Counted from the stretch's first letter, positions 14,179 to 25,121 are shown. The stretch is 61,359 bases of DNA from a virus (IMGVR_UViG_3300035190_000963:1-61359), one strand, 5' to 3'. Made by a program: numbers and translations. The notes: generated by a model not told the origin, from the letters alone.

Positions 14179-15846
14179 TTAGCTTAATGCTTTTTGTTTC
14201 ATATCTGTTGCTGCTAATTCCATTTTTTGTTTAACACCACCTAATAAAGGACAAATTACTGAACCTATAGCATTTTCTATTTTTTGTCCTAATTCAGAAT
14301 CTTCTAACACTTCGACTAAACTGTTTCTTAATAAATCATAAAATTTACCTTCCATACCAGCGGAGTTTTTCATTTTATCTATTGCCTGTTCTGCAATAGA
14401 TTTAGATAAAACACTTGTTAAAAAGTTACATTCTGTTAATTTTGGTATATCACCAATTTCGACATCACCCAAAGCTTTAACGATTGTTCCACCAATCCAA
14501 CCATTAGTATCAACACCTAATGTGTCTAATATAAATTTTCCGATACTTTCTTTAAATGTTTGCATAATAGCATCGCCACCATGACCAAATAAACCTTTAA
14601 TCATATCCCAAAACTGTTCATTAATAATTTCTTGACTGAAACCTTGTTTGTTCAAATAAATCATTTCAAACATTAATTCTTTTGAAAACTTTTTTTGACC
14701 CTTTTTTGTTTTAACATTAACATTCTCAGTAATAAGAGCAAATCTGTTTTTAACAATTTTAATTTCAGTTAAGATTGTTTTATTTTTTTGTTCTTTAACT
14801 TCTAATAAACTTTCTTTAACAATGTTTTTAAGTTTAAATAAACTTTCAGTTTGTGTAGTACCTGAAGTTTGTGTAGTACTCGTATCATCAGTTAAACCTT
14901 TTACAGGTTTAGCCAAACCAAGAGCACTTGATGAGTCATTTTTAATTTTTTCCAATTTACCGTTTGTAATATTAAAATCATTGAAGTTCTTAACTTTAAC
15001 ATCACAACTATTAATCGCCAATTTCCAATTTTTTAGAGTTGCTTTGTCTACTGGTATTTTTTCATTATTTTTACTTTTTTTCCAAAGAGTGAAATAAGTA
15101 TTAATACCTTTTTTACATGATTTTCTATCACCAAAATTTTTACTTAAAGCAAATGCAGTCATTTCTTGAAATAAGGTATTAGTATCGGCCGATTCGATAG
15201 GTTGTACTAACAAATAAGGAGTCCCTGAAAATTCAAGAGGATATTCATCTCTTAAATCTAAAGTTTCATATTTATCTATCTCAGCGGGATTTATTTTGCC
15301 TCCTAAATCTTTCCAACCTCTATCCACATAAGTCGCGATTATTTTTTCTTGTTGTGGACTATTTGTTTGTCTTAAACCACCTTTTTCGTATATGATGTAA
15401 TCAAATTTAAATTGTTCAGGAAATCTATTTTTTAAATTTATTTTTTTCCATTCACCCGTTTTTAATTGGTCTGCAGTAGGTGTCTCTTTTTGGTACGTAC
15501 CAGGATATTTTGCAATTAAATCATCAACAGACTTCATTTGGTCTGCAGAAATTTGTGGTAGTACTACATCTTTATTTAATGTTGAACACGCCCATTTAAG
15601 ATTTGATTTAACTAATTTTTTGTCCCTAACAACGTCATATGTATAATCATCTTTAATAAATAAAAAATCACCAATGATATAATTTCCTTTCGGGCTATTT
15701 GTTTTGGCAATTCTTCTCATAACTTGTTTACCACCAACAGCAGGACCTGATTTGGCACCTATCAAAAATGGGCATTTATATACATCTCGTCCTTGTATTA
15801 AATCAATTTTATTTTGACTAACTTGTTCTTTTAAAATAGTTTTCAT
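14179..15846 (-). CDS. Large hypothetical protein, putatively virion-associated
   Basis: 555 aa; ILKE and IVKESLLE motifs; in a TATTTAT-preceded operon. Confidence 0.7.
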   Translation of the reverse strand: MKTILKEQVSQNKIDLIQGRDVYKCPFLIGAKSGPAVGGKQVMRRIAKTNSPKGNYIIGDFLFIKDDYTYDVVRDKKLVKSNLKWACSTLNKDVVLPQISADQMKSVDDLIAKYPGTYQKETPTADQLKTGEWKKINLKNRFPEQFKFDYIIYEKGGLRQTNSPQQEKIIATYVDRGWKDLGGKINPAEIDKYETLDLRDEYPLEFSGTPYLLVQPIESADTNTLFQEMTAFALSKNFGDRKSCKKGINTYFTLWKKSKNNEKIPVDKATLKNWKLAINSCDVKVKNFNDFNITNGKLEKIKNDSSSALGLAKPVKGLTDDTSTTQTSGTTQTESLFKLKNIVKESLLEVKEQKNKTILTEIKIVKNRFALITENVNVKTKKGQKKFSKELMFEMIYLNKQGFSQEIINEQFWDMIKGLFGHGGDAIMQTFKESIGKFILDTLGVDTNGWIGGTIVKALGDVEIGDIPKLTECNFLTSVLSKSIAEQAIDKMKNSAGMEGKFYDLLRNSLVEVLEDSELGQKIENAIGSVICPLLGGVKQKMELAATDMKQKALS

Positions 15847-15851
15847 AGTAA

Positions 15852-16967
15852 TTATCCTTCGGTTGTATCTGTTTCTTGTTTATTTATTGAAGCGTCTCCT
15901 GTTTCGGGTTCATTTGGTTCCCAATTATCATATGGATTTACTTCAGTTTGTTGAGTACTTGTTTGAGTACCACTACATTTTGCAACAATTTTATCATACA
16001 TTTCTTTAGTTAATGGTAATGAATAACCATTAGCTTTTAATGCGTTTTCAGTTGCTGGACCTAATAAACTGTCATCTTTCGTTCCAAGACATTGTTGTAC
16101 TTTTCTAATGACCTCACTTTTGCAATATAATCCATAAGGGAAATTATTACATACTTTATACTTTGAAGTACCATTTCCACCCTTTTTTAAAGGTTCACAT
16201 TTATTTGTCTTAGGGTTTATTATTTGACCTTCAGGACATTTATTTTCTTCTTTTACTTTAAGTAAACTATCTTCAACACAATTTCTTAAAGGTCTATATA
16301 TTTTTTTCCACTCATCAGGACTATCAATATCACTATCCAAATCTTCATATAAATCACCGTAAGATGTTTTATACTTATCATTTAAAGCACATATATCGGC
16401 CGCAGTACCTTCACTTACAGAATTAAAAGCAGAATATAAACTTTCTTCATCAGTTCCTGCGGGTATAAAACCTCCAGTTGAATAATTTATCGCATCATTT
16501 ATTTTATCGGATAAATCTCTAATTTGAGTGTCTGATAATTTACGTTCCAATTTTTTTATATTTGGATTTGTACTACACATTTGTAAAAGTTCTTTAACCG
16601 AATTTGCAGAACCCGTATCTTTTCTAATAATCCAATATGCTAAAGGTAATACCGCCAATCCTACTGCACCACCCAAAACAGCTGCACCACCTGCTAGACC
16701 AATACCTAAAGTAGAACCAATTGCCGCCGCTGTAGGTCCAAACGTAGAACCAACCGCAACCGCCACTGGTACACTTTGAGAACCCAATGCAACGGCACCA
16801 GCACCTAACGCAGCACCACCACCAACTCCAACCGCAGCGGCTGTTCCATAATCATCTTCCAAAATTTGTTCTTTATTCTCACTTAATGTTTTTGAAGAAT
16901 CGTATTTCATCATAAGAAGAACTCTTTTAAGTTGTTCTTCCGCTTCTTGTATTTTTTTGTCTTTCAT
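15852..16967 (-). CDS. Putative virion protein with a glycine-zipper hydrophobic segment and a C-terminal peptidoglycan-binding-like domain
   Basis: GA-rich stretch; VQQCLG..D..LGPATENAL. Confidence 0.6.
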   Translation of the reverse strand: MKDKKIQEAEEQLKRVLLMMKYDSSKTLSENKEQILEDDYGTAAAVGVGGGAALGAGAVALGSQSVPVAVAVGSTFGPTAAAIGSTLGIGLAGGAAVLGGAVGLAVLPLAYWIIRKDTGSANSVKELLQMCSTNPNIKKLERKLSDTQIRDLSDKINDAINYSTGGFIPAGTDEESLYSAFNSVSEGTAADICALNDKYKTSYGDLYEDLDSDIDSPDEWKKIYRPLRNCVEDSLLKVKEENKCPEGQIINPKTNKCEPLKKGGNGTSKYKVCNNFPYGLYCKSEVIRKVQQCLGTKDDSLLGPATENALKANGYSLPLTKEMYDKIVAKCSGTQTSTQQTEVNPYDNWEPNEPETGDASINKQETDTTEG

Positions 16968-16998
16968 AAGTTATTTTATTTTATATAAATATTTGAGT

Positions 16999-17250
16999 TT
17001 ATAATAAAGTATTTGCTTTTCCTCGATTAACTTTTACGCTATCTGACCATTTTGTATTACCAATTTGATTTGCCGGTCCTCTTGTTAAACCTGTTTCCCA
17101 TTTAGTAACTGAAGGATATTTTGGTTTTGTACCACCTCCTCCACCTGATGGAGTTCCACCTGCAGAATCTTGTTCACCAATTTCCCCATCATTAGTTGAT
17201 GTGGTAAATTTTGACATTAGATTAATAATATAGTCTAAATCATTTCTCAT
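16999..17250 (-). CDS. Hypothetical protein
   Basis: 83 aa; two W...RG.AN repeats. Confidence 0.65.
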   Translation of the reverse strand: MRNDLDYIINLMSKFTTSTNDGEIGEQDSAGGTPSGGGGGTKPKYPSVTKWETGLTRGPANQIGNTKWSDSVKVNRGKANTLL

Positions 17251-17251
17251 T

Positions 17252-17566
17252 TTAATATATTGTTACTGATGGTAGTCTTTCAGGATATATTGCGTAATAT
17301 TCATTTAAAAACGAAATAACTTCCTCCACCTCAATTTCTTCATCTTCATCCTCATCAATATCGAAAACATCCTCATCAAGGTTTAAATCTTCGTATAAAT
17401 CCTCAACATTTGTTTTTGTAAATAAAAAACCAAAGTTTTCGGCTTCATTCAAATCTACTTGGTCAACTCTTAACTCGTCATCGTTATCATTATTTGTTTT
17501 AAATGTAACTTCTAAAGTATGAAGAGTTTCATTTATATAATAATTAACAATTTCTCTAACTTCCAT
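17252..17566 (-). CDS. Acidic hypothetical protein
   Basis: 104-aa ORF. Confidence 0.7.
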   Translation of the reverse strand: MEVREIVNYYINETLHTLEVTFKTNNDNDDELRVDQVDLNEAENFGFLFTKTNVEDLYEDLNLDEDVFDIDEDEDEEIEVEEVISFLNEYYAIYPERLPSVTIY

Positions 17567-17567
17567 T

Positions 17568-18020
17568 TTAATAATTTTTAAATCTTCTGAACATATCCAA
17601 AGTCTTATTTACCTGTTCTTTTAAAGGTTCCTTAACTTCTTCTTCCACTTCATCAAATGTAATAACATCAATATCTGAAAAGTCAATATCTTCATCATCA
17701 AAAGTACCATGTTCCAAATCATCATCACCATCCCCAATCATATCCAATTGTTCATCGGTTTCACCCTCATCAAAAGATACTTCAGGTTCGAACTTAGTGC
17801 CGGAAAAAACGTCTTCATTGATACCCATGTAGGTGTGGTGTTTAACTTCACCTTTATTGTTTACAGTCAAACCTTTTTTATCATTTGCAAAGTCTTGAAC
17901 GTAAAGTGGTTGAACTTCAGGTTTAATGTATTGTGTAACATAACCATCGTATGGTTTTTTGTGTTGGTCGAGAATGTTTTCTTTCTCTTCTTTTGTGATT
18001 CCGAAAAAATATGAGTTCAT
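17568..18020 (-). CDS. Acidic hypothetical protein
   Basis: ITKEEKENIL N-terminal motif; TATTTAT upstream. Confidence 0.7.
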   Translation of the reverse strand: MNSYFFGITKEEKENILDQHKKPYDGYVTQYIKPEVQPLYVQDFANDKKGLTVNNKGEVKHHTYMGINEDVFSGTKFEPEVSFDEGETDEQLDMIGDGDDDLEHGTFDDEDIDFSDIDVITFDEVEEEVKEPLKEQVNKTLDMFRRFKNY

Positions 18021-18078
18021 AATTGTTTTTTCAATAAATATATTGATTCAATAGAATGTTTTAATTATAATTGTTATT

Positions 18079-18369
18079 ATGGAATTAAATATAGACGAAT
18101 ACGCAGAAGGTGCAATCCTACTTGATGGTTTGGAAGATGCAATAATAGGTATTGTTGAAGAATTTGGTAACGGACCTAGAATTTTGTACAGTAAACCTAA
18201 AATAATACAAATCTTACGTGAAAAAGATTTGATGACTGAGGAGGAGGCTGAAGAATATTATGATTATAATATCTTGGGGTTATATGCTGGTGAACAAAAT
18301 GCAGTTTTCTTAGATAGAGAAGTTACCCCAAAAAATGTTGATGGTGAGTGGAAATATATGTTAGTATAA
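18079..18369 (+). CDS. Hypothetical phage protein
   Basis: DGLEDAIIG..EEAEEYYDYNILG. Confidence 0.7.
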   Translation: MELNIDEYAEGAILLDGLEDAIIGIVEEFGNGPRILYSKPKIIQILREKDLMTEEEAEEYYDYNILGLYAGEQNAVFLDREVTPKNVDGEWKYMLV

Positions 18370-18972
18370 AAACATATAGTTCTCAACTATTTTTGTTGCA
18401 AATCTTGGTAAAAACCTCTTAACATTTTCAACACTAACTTCTTTTCCGGTTTTTTCCAAAAAACTTACAGTACCTTGAATCATTAAGTCTCTAGACTTAT
18501 CCGCATTTTCTAACATTTCGTCATATTGTTCACCTTCTAAATCTTTATATGACATTTCTTCTTCTATTTTTTGTCTTCCAACATATAAATAAGGTGATGC
18601 ACCAAACATATTTATAATTCCTGAGTTTCTAACCATAATTAGATATTTTTGAAAGAATTTCATTTTAAAATGAACAAAAACATCAATATTCGCTAACATT
18701 TTTTTATTAAAATCACTCTCATCATTTTCAATGATGTCTTTTTTCTTAATTTTGTTTAATATTCTTTTTTCAAAATTTTCAACAGTATCCCATTTATCAC
18801 AACAGTTTAATAACGACAATTTTGAACCATTATCCCATTCAATATTATATTGGTCATCACCAAAAACATTTGATTTATAAATTACCGTTCCTTTTTCACC
18901 CATAAGAACAGAACTTTCATTTTCCATATAAAGTAAAACTACTCTATCACCAATTTTTAACTCAGGATTCAT
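18361..18972 (-). CDS. Hypothetical protein (DUF4314-like N-terminus, DUF5049-like C-terminus)
   Basis: GDRVVL..GEKGTV..WDNGSKLSL; VRNSGIINMF; start moved to MNPELK after TATTTAT. Confidence 0.6.
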   Translation of the reverse strand: MNPELKIGDRVVLLYMENESSVLMGEKGTVIYKSNVFGDDQYNIEWDNGSKLSLLNCCDKWDTVENFEKRILNKIKKKDIIENDESDFNKKMLANIDVFVHFKMKFFQKYLIMVRNSGIINMFGASPYLYVGRQKIEEEMSYKDLEGEQYDEMLENADKSRDLMIQGTVSFLEKTGKEVSVENVKRFLPRFATKIVENYMFLY

Positions 18973-19014
18973 TTTGTATTTTACAATAAATATATTCGAA
19001 GTATTTATTATCAT

Positions 19015-19656
19015 ATGAGTATATCAATTATTATCACAGAGTCACAAAAAAGAACAATTTTGAGTGAATCATTTAAGAATGATTTTGAAGCACAAATTAA
19101 AAAAAATAATGATTTCATAAAAAAAATTGTTAAAGATTCTTCTGAACAAACGGGGTTGAACTTAGAGTTTATGTTAACTTGGGGTGCAGTAATTGGAGGA
19201 TTTATGAGACCAATTAATGATTTTGTCCAAGGAATATATCCTGAAATGTCAGATATTGAATTGAGTTTGGTATTAACAGGTATAATAGCAATTCATTTCA
19301 TTGATAATAAAAAAACTGTTGGGAGTATTTTAGAAACCATTAAAGAAAAAGGATTATATAATATTTTCAAAAAGATTCTATCAAAAAGTAATGAATTAAA
19401 AAGAGTTTTTATCGGTTTTATCCAAAGTTTGGGAATTACCTTTCATAAAGTAACAAATATTTTAAGTTACGCATTCATTATTCCTATTTTACCAATGTTA
19501 TATGAAATCGCAACGGACGGAGAACTGAATAATAAAGACATTCAAGAGATTGTTAAAAGATTAGGGACTTTCACAGTTTTAACGGTATCTGGGATTATTG
19601 TTAAAGAATTAATAACCAAATTGTTAAAAAGATTCAACAAAACAGTATCTGATTAA
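19015..19656 (+). CDS. Hypothetical membrane-associated protein with IITESQ N-terminal motif
   Basis: 213 aa; hydrophobic segments; TATTTAT upstream. Confidence 0.7.
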   Translation: MSISIIITESQKRTILSESFKNDFEAQIKKNNDFIKKIVKDSSEQTGLNLEFMLTWGAVIGGFMRPINDFVQGIYPEMSDIELSLVLTGIIAIHFIDNKKTVGSILETIKEKGLYNIFKKILSKSNELKRVFIGFIQSLGITFHKVTNILSYAFIIPILPMLYEIATDGELNNKDIQEIVKRLGTFTVLTVSGIIVKELITKLLKRFNKTVSD

Positions 19657-19658
19657 AT

Positions 19659-20624
19659 TCATTTACTACTATTATAAGTACTTATAATTGTTTTTATTAC
19701 CGTGTTTTTATCTTTTTCATTTAATGTATGTATATCACTATGGGTATCAAACCAATTCAGCACAACCTCTTCAAAAGGTTTTTTTCTAAGTTTCGATAGT
19801 CGTTTAAACCCTTTAATTTGGGCAGAAATTTCATGAGATTGTGTGTAGTATTTTAATGGGTCTTTAATTTCCTCAATATCATCATCAATTTCATATTCAC
19901 CACGATGTGATTGTAAAATATGTTCGATTTCATGTGCAACAATTTCATTCAATTCCCCAACCAAATCATATAATTGTTTTTCTATTAAATTAGGATTGTA
20001 TTCAACACCAATCTCAATTATATCCACACTACTTACAGAATACGCTTCAGTATTAAAATTTTTTATATCATTGTTTTGAACTAAGTAAAGTTCTACTCTG
20101 AAATCAACAGGTGAATTTGTAAAACTATATTCATCACCATCAATTGGTAAATTAAACTCACCCTCTTCATTGTCTTTTATTATTTTTATAATGTCTTTAA
20201 CAACAGTTCTGATTGCAATTCTACTCATTTTTGACTCTGTTAATTGTTTATTATCTGAAACATCAAGTACTAATTCATCTATAGTAATCCTAACATCAGT
20301 ATCAAAAAATTTAAATGTATCATAAAGATATGACCCTAAGTGTTGTTTAAAATACCAAAGTTCTTTTTCACCAAAATTTTCTAAATTAGGTATTAAACCC
20401 AGAATTAACCTAGATATATCATTATTTACCTCTACAATAGTTATTTTCAACGACAAATAATCATACCATTCACCAACACTAATCATTTTTTTTGACTTCA
20501 GAACCTCGACTTTGAAATCTATGTCAGCATTCATTTCTACCCCATGTATTATAGGACCATTATATTTCAATACTCTATCTTTAAAGTATTTGTTTACAAT
20601 TTTTAATAAATTTTCTTTCACCAC
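19659..20624 (-). CDS. Hypothetical protein with C-terminal HExxH domain
   Basis: AHEIEH..HEISA. Confidence 0.65.
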   Translation of the reverse strand: MVKENLLKIVNKYFKDRVLKYNGPIIHGVEMNADIDFKVEVLKSKKMISVGEWYDYLSLKITIVEVNNDISRLILGLIPNLENFGEKELWYFKQHLGSYLYDTFKFFDTDVRITIDELVLDVSDNKQLTESKMSRIAIRTVVKDIIKIIKDNEEGEFNLPIDGDEYSFTNSPVDFRVELYLVQNNDIKNFNTEAYSVSSVDIIEIGVEYNPNLIEKQLYDLVGELNEIVAHEIEHILQSHRGEYEIDDDIEEIKDPLKYYTQSHEISAQIKGFKRLSKLRKKPFEEVVLNWFDTHSDIHTLNEKDKNTVIKTIISTYNSSK

Positions 20625-20673
20625 ATTGATAAATACTTTGATTTTTTGTAATTAAATTATTATATTTGAATTT

Positions 20674-21123
20674 ATGGAATTACTAAGTACGTTTATTTGT
20701 AAAAACAGTGAACTTGGAGTTCACGGCAACATGTTTGGCGGAGCAATGTTAGCGCTAATTGATGAAACCGCAGCTGCATACGCTTCTCAAGTTTGTGATA
20801 CTCCCAAAGTGGTCACAATAAAAATTGAAGAGTTAATATTCAAAAGTCCTGTAAAGTTGGGAAACTTGTTAAAAGTATATGGTAAAGTTTTGAAATTTGG
20901 AAGAACTTCTTTAACTTTATACATTGAAGTTAGAAAACATAATGTACACACAGGATTACAAGATGTTGTTACTCACACAAACATAACTTTTGTTAAAATT
21001 GATGATGATGGAAATTCAATACCTATTTCTGATAGAGTAAAAGTTCGTTACCACGAACGTGTAAAGATATATGGTAAAGGATTATTAACACCTGAAGAAT
21101 TAGAAAAAGAAAGGAAAAAATAA
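20674..21123 (+). CDS. Acyl-CoA thioesterase (HotDog fold, YciA-like)
   Basis: HGNMFGG..DE; F.SPV..G; GRTSL. Confidence 0.85.
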   Translation: MELLSTFICKNSELGVHGNMFGGAMLALIDETAAAYASQVCDTPKVVTIKIEELIFKSPVKLGNLLKVYGKVLKFGRTSLTLYIEVRKHNVHTGLQDVVTHTNITFVKIDDDGNSIPISDRVKVRYHERVKIYGKGLLTPEELEKERKK

Positions 21124-21126
21124 GAT

Positions 21127-22158
21127 ATGAACAGAAAATTTGATTTCAAAGACATCACACTTGTTCCGGAAGTGTTAAGTTCTATTTATAGTAGAACAAG
21201 TTGTTCGATTTTGAACGACAAAGGAACTTTACCTATTATGGTATCACCAATGGATACTGTTGTTAGTGAAGAAAATTATGAATTATTTATAAATCAAGGA
21301 TTTGATGTTTGTTTACCAAGATGTGAATATTCAGATTCAAAAAATATTTTCATTTCAATATCGTTAGATGAATTTGAGGAATACATCACTTATTTTGATG
21401 ATTTTGAAGTAGATAAATCACCTAAAAGAATATTGGTAGATATTGCGAATGGTCATATGAAGAAACTTTATGATTTGTCCAAAACTTTTTTGTCCAAAAC
21501 TAAAGGTACTAATTATGAATTAATGGTTGGTAATATTGCAAATCCTAAAACATATCAAAAATTCGCAGAAATAGGTGTTCATTATATAAGAGTGGGTATT
21601 GGCGGAGGTAGTGGTTGCTTAACATCGGCAAATACAGGTATTCACTATCCTATGGCATCACTAATTAATGAATGTTTTGTCATTAAAAAACAAAATGGAT
21701 ATCAAACTAAAATAGTTGCTGACGGAGGTTTCAGAAACTATGACGATATTATTAAAGCATTAGCGTTAGGTGCTGATTATGTAATGTTGGGTGGAGTATT
21801 AAATAAAACATTAGAATCATCTTCAGAAACTGAATTGTTTAAATTATTTCCAATTTCAGAAAACACATCTATTTATTTGTGGAACGAGTTCCCATTTTTG
21901 AGAAAGCACTTTTACAAGAAATTCAGGGGTATGAGTACCAAAGAAGTACAGAAAAAATGGGGAAAAAGTAAATTAACAACATCTGAAGGAATTACAAAGT
22001 ATAATAAAGTTGAATATACATTATCTTCTTGGACTGAAAATTTAAAAGATTATTTACGTTCAGCGATGTCATACACAAATTCAACAACTTTAGAAGAATT
22101 TAAAGAATCTGAACATGTTTTTATTAGTCAAAACGCACTTAATAGATTTCATAAGTAA
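21127..22158 (+). CDS. GMP reductase / IMP dehydrogenase family protein
   Basis: SPMDTV, DIANGH, VGIGGGSGCLT, IVADGG, GADYVMLG, LRSAMSY. Confidence 0.88.
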   Translation: MNRKFDFKDITLVPEVLSSIYSRTSCSILNDKGTLPIMVSPMDTVVSEENYELFINQGFDVCLPRCEYSDSKNIFISISLDEFEEYITYFDDFEVDKSPKRILVDIANGHMKKLYDLSKTFLSKTKGTNYELMVGNIANPKTYQKFAEIGVHYIRVGIGGGSGCLTSANTGIHYPMASLINECFVIKKQNGYQTKIVADGGFRNYDDIIKALALGADYVMLGGVLNKTLESSSETELFKLFPISENTSIYLWNEFPFLRKHFYKKFRGMSTKEVQKKWGKSKLTTSEGITKYNKVEYTLSSWTENLKDYLRSAMSYTNSTTLEEFKESEHVFISQNALNRFHK

Positions 22159-22214
22159 ATTATATACGAAACTATTTTTATTTTGTGTAAAATATGAGTG
22201 GATTTTCAGAACAA

Positions 22215-22781
22215 TTACCTAAAAGTAATTTCAACTTTTAAATCTCCATTACCCTTAATTACTCGGTGGTAAACACCTTTAGGTATAAAATATTCTTTAC
22301 CTTCAGTTAGTGATTTTGGCATCTGATTGTCCATTTGAATTTTCCAATTGTTACTTTGGATTACTTTTACACTTCTATCTTCATTATCGAAATGCCATTT
22401 TAATTCATCAGACTTAGTATTTTCAGAAAAAACTCTCGTTCTGGCGTTTCCATTAACTTTTTCTTTGAAGGGTAGTTTTTCTTCATCTAATTTAAACAAA
22501 GGTCTTTTGTTGTAAGATATTAAATAATCACTATAATTTTCACCAAATAAAGATAATCCAACTTCAATCTCATCTTGTATCATATACTCAAGATATCTTT
22601 CATCTTTGGTTCTTTGATTTGGGATTTTTCTTGTTGTTGGTGTTGTATCTATAAAAATTTGTCCAATTGTTTCTGAAGGTGATTTAAACCCATATACAGA
22701 TATATCGGTCAATCCAAATTCTTTCAATCTTGGTAAAGAATATTCTTTCAAATATTTGTCTAAACGTTGTTTTAGTTTCAT
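22215..22781 (-). CDS. Hypothetical protein with C-terminal cupin-like domain
   Basis: ELKWH.D.EDR..FIPKGVYHRVIKG. Confidence 0.6.
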   Translation of the reverse strand: MKLKQRLDKYLKEYSLPRLKEFGLTDISVYGFKSPSETIGQIFIDTTPTTRKIPNQRTKDERYLEYMIQDEIEVGLSLFGENYSDYLISYNKRPLFKLDEEKLPFKEKVNGNARTRVFSENTKSDELKWHFDNEDRSVKVIQSNNWKIQMDNQMPKSLTEGKEYFIPKGVYHRVIKGNGDLKVEITFR

Positions 22782-23014
22782 AAATTATGATGGAATATAT
22801 TAATTTTATCTCTTTCCATATTAAAAAAATTTGTAAGTCCTGTTATGATATCATGTTCAATTTCTTCCTCTTGTTCATATTCCGTACCATCAACATAAAC
22901 AATAATTTCACATAAACCATTTCGAGTATCATAAATAACATCAAATGAATCTATCTCAGGGTGATATGGTTTAACCATTTCACCCAATAATTTTAATATT
23001 GCTCTTTCTTCCAT
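22778..23014 (-). CDS. Hypothetical protein
   Basis: 78-aa ORF. Confidence 0.6.
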   Translation of the reverse strand: MEERAILKLLGEMVKPYHPEIDSFDVIYDTRNGLCEIIVYVDGTEYEQEEEIEHDIITGLTNFFNMERDKINIFHHNL

Positions 23015-23017
23015 AAT

Positions 23018-23644
23018 TTACCAACTTCTTGAACTTTTTAAACCTAATTTTTTTGCATATCTACCAACAGAACAACTCCAATAACCAGCAGTAGTTCTAT
23101 CTTTCTTTTGGTCACATTTATGACGAGCTCTAAATGATTTTGCAGCTTTTGGATTTCTATTTCTAACTTTTAAATTTGGGTCACCAAATGTTACTTTTTT
23201 AATAGTACCTTTAGGTGTTTTCACATAAACGGCAAACTTTTTAGGACCACCAGGTGTTCTGAATGGACTATTTAATTTAACATTTTTACCACGGTGTTTT
23301 GCTTCAGTCAAAACATCTTCTAAATCATTCTCATAAATTGGAGCATCCAACCAAACAATATCACCATTATTTAATTTAACTCTTTTTCCTAAATCACTTT
23401 CAACAATCCAAGTATCGTCATCATTAAGTCTTATTAAATTACGGTTATATAGGTCTCTAACTTCGTTTATTAATTTAAAATATCCGTCAGAGTATATTCT
23501 AAAAACATTTTCAGATAAACTTATATTATTATCTAAATGATATTCTAATTCTTCTGAAATTTCAACATTTTCAGTCAGTTTCATTGGGGGATTAACCAAT
23601 TCTAATAAACTTTCTCTTATTATATTTTTTATTTTTTTGTTCAT
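23018..23644 (-). CDS. Hypothetical large-phage protein with basic C-terminal domain
   Basis: IIRESLLE motif; KKFAVYV..KKVTFGDPN..SFRARHKC..GYWSC. Confidence 0.7.
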   Translation of the reverse strand: MNKKIKNIIRESLLELVNPPMKLTENVEISEELEYHLDNNISLSENVFRIYSDGYFKLINEVRDLYNRNLIRLNDDDTWIVESDLGKRVKLNNGDIVWLDAPIYENDLEDVLTEAKHRGKNVKLNSPFRTPGGPKKFAVYVKTPKGTIKKVTFGDPNLKVRNRNPKAAKSFRARHKCDQKKDRTTAGYWSCSVGRYAKKLGLKSSRSW

Positions 23645-23682
23645 AATTTCGTTTTTTAAATAAATATTCGTATCTTTGTGTT

Positions 23683-24084
23683 ATGAACAAAGAACTTTAT
23701 TTATTAAGAGGATTACCAGGTTCTGGTAAAAGTACATTAGCAAAATCATTAGTCGGTGACAAAGATTATTGTCATAAGGAAGCTGATATGTATTTCATTG
23801 ATAGAGAAGGTAATTACAAATTTAATTCGTCTCAGATAAAGGATGCACATAAATGGTGTCAAGAAGAAATTGAATTTGTGATGAAATATGAACACCCTCG
23901 GGTTGTGGTTTCAAACACTTTTACTCAAGAATGGGAAATACTACCATATTATGAATTAGCCGCAAAGTATGGATACAAAGTTTATTCTCTAATTGTTGAA
24001 AACCGACATGGGGGTGTTAACGAACATGGTGTTCCTGAAGATAAATTAACTCAAATGAAAAACAGATTTGAAATTCGATTATGA
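23683..24084 (+). CDS. P-loop kinase (AAA_33 / N4BP2-like)
   Basis: LRGLPGSGKST; VVVSNT; HGVP. Confidence 0.85.
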   Translation: MNKELYLLRGLPGSGKSTLAKSLVGDKDYCHKEADMYFIDREGNYKFNSSQIKDAHKWCQEEIEFVMKYEHPRVVVSNTFTQEWEILPYYELAAKYGYKVYSLIVENRHGGVNEHGVPEDKLTQMKNRFEIRL

Positions 24085-24269
24085 AAACAATATTATCATT
24101 ATTATTAATCCTTGGTAGGATTATTGTTACTATTAAAGTAATAATTTTCTTATTTGATTCTAGAAATGGTTTCAGTTCAAATTTAATTGATGTTGCTGTT
24201 TGGTGGATTTTGTTTCTTGTTTTTGATATTTGGTTACAGATTATACTACCATCTCAAAAAGAAGAGTAA
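24081..24269 (+). CDS. Small membrane protein
   Basis: Two hydrophobic helices; ATGA overlap with the previous gene. Confidence 0.6.
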   Translation: MKTILSLLLILGRIIVTIKVIIFLFDSRNGFSSNLIDVAVWWILFLVFDIWLQIILPSQKEE

Positions 24270-24271
24270 AT

Positions 24272-24493
24272 CTAATTATCAGAAGTTTTTTGTGATAAAA
24301 AAGATAACCCAAAGAAAAGAACCGAAACAAAGTACAAAATTAAGTTTGCTTTCCACAAATTTCCTGTTAAACATACAAGTTGATATTGCACGATATCGAA
24401 TCCAAATGGATTGAAAAACATTGCAAGCATCAAAAACTTCACGGATAAGTTTTTTGTAAAAAAATCTACTATTTTTTGTTTTACTATCACCAT
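24272..24493 (-). CDS. Small membrane protein
   Basis: Hydrophobic 73-aa ORF; FFNPFGFD. Confidence 0.5.
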   Translation of the reverse strand: MVIVKQKIVDFFTKNLSVKFLMLAMFFNPFGFDIVQYQLVCLTGNLWKANLILYFVSVLFFGLSFLSQKTSDN

Positions 24494-24617
24494 CGTCCAT
24501 ATATTTCTGTTAAAAAGTTTATTTACATCTCTTAAATTGAGGGTAATTTTATTATAAATACACCTGTAAGTGAATATTTATTGGTAAATGGATATTTATA
24601 ATTAAAAACATTTTATT

Positions 24618-25121
24618 ATGCCTAAATATATTATAAACGAGAAAAAACTTCGTCAATCTATACGAGAATACATTTTGGAACAAAGTAATGTTGAACCAAA
24701 AGAAGAGAAACAGAGATGTGTTGCTGGAAATATAATTTCTTTAGACGAGATAGTTGGTCCTTCTAAAGAATTTCAAAACTACACAAGTAATTTAACTAAA
24801 AGAGATGGTGGTATAAACGGAATTGTTGACACATTGGATATGTTAAAAACAATTAGATTACATCCTGATATTAAAGACGGTGGTGAACATTTATCTTACG
24901 GTTTAATGAATCATTTAAACAAATTCAGAAATAAAAATTACTTTGATGAGACTAATAGTGGTTGTTTAAAGGCTATGGATAAAGTAATCGAATTGTATAA
25001 AGAGAATGAACATGGTGAAGAATTAGTTAGGGATATTGAAAAAGTATTAAAACACAATGACCCGTCACCAAGAGCAAAAGAGTACTTAAAAAGATGTTTA
25101 ATTTTAATAAAAGAAAAATAA
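24618..25121 (+). CDS. Hypothetical protein with KYIINE N-terminal motif
   Basis: TATTTAT upstream. Confidence 0.7.
   Translation: MPKYIINEKKLRQSIREYILEQSNVEPKEEKQRCVAGNIISLDEIVGPSKEFQNYTSNLTKRDGGINGIVDTLDMLKTIRLHPDIKDGGEHLSYGLMNHLNKFRNKNYFDETNSGCLKAMDKVIELYKENEHGEELVRDIEKVLKHNDPSPRAKEYLKRCLILIKEK

Noticed and set aside
16980-16995. T4-type late promoter TATAAATA
   Set aside because: It occurs on the non-coding strand relative to the downstream genes; the coding-strand motif is TATTTAT, so it is treated as a separate motif
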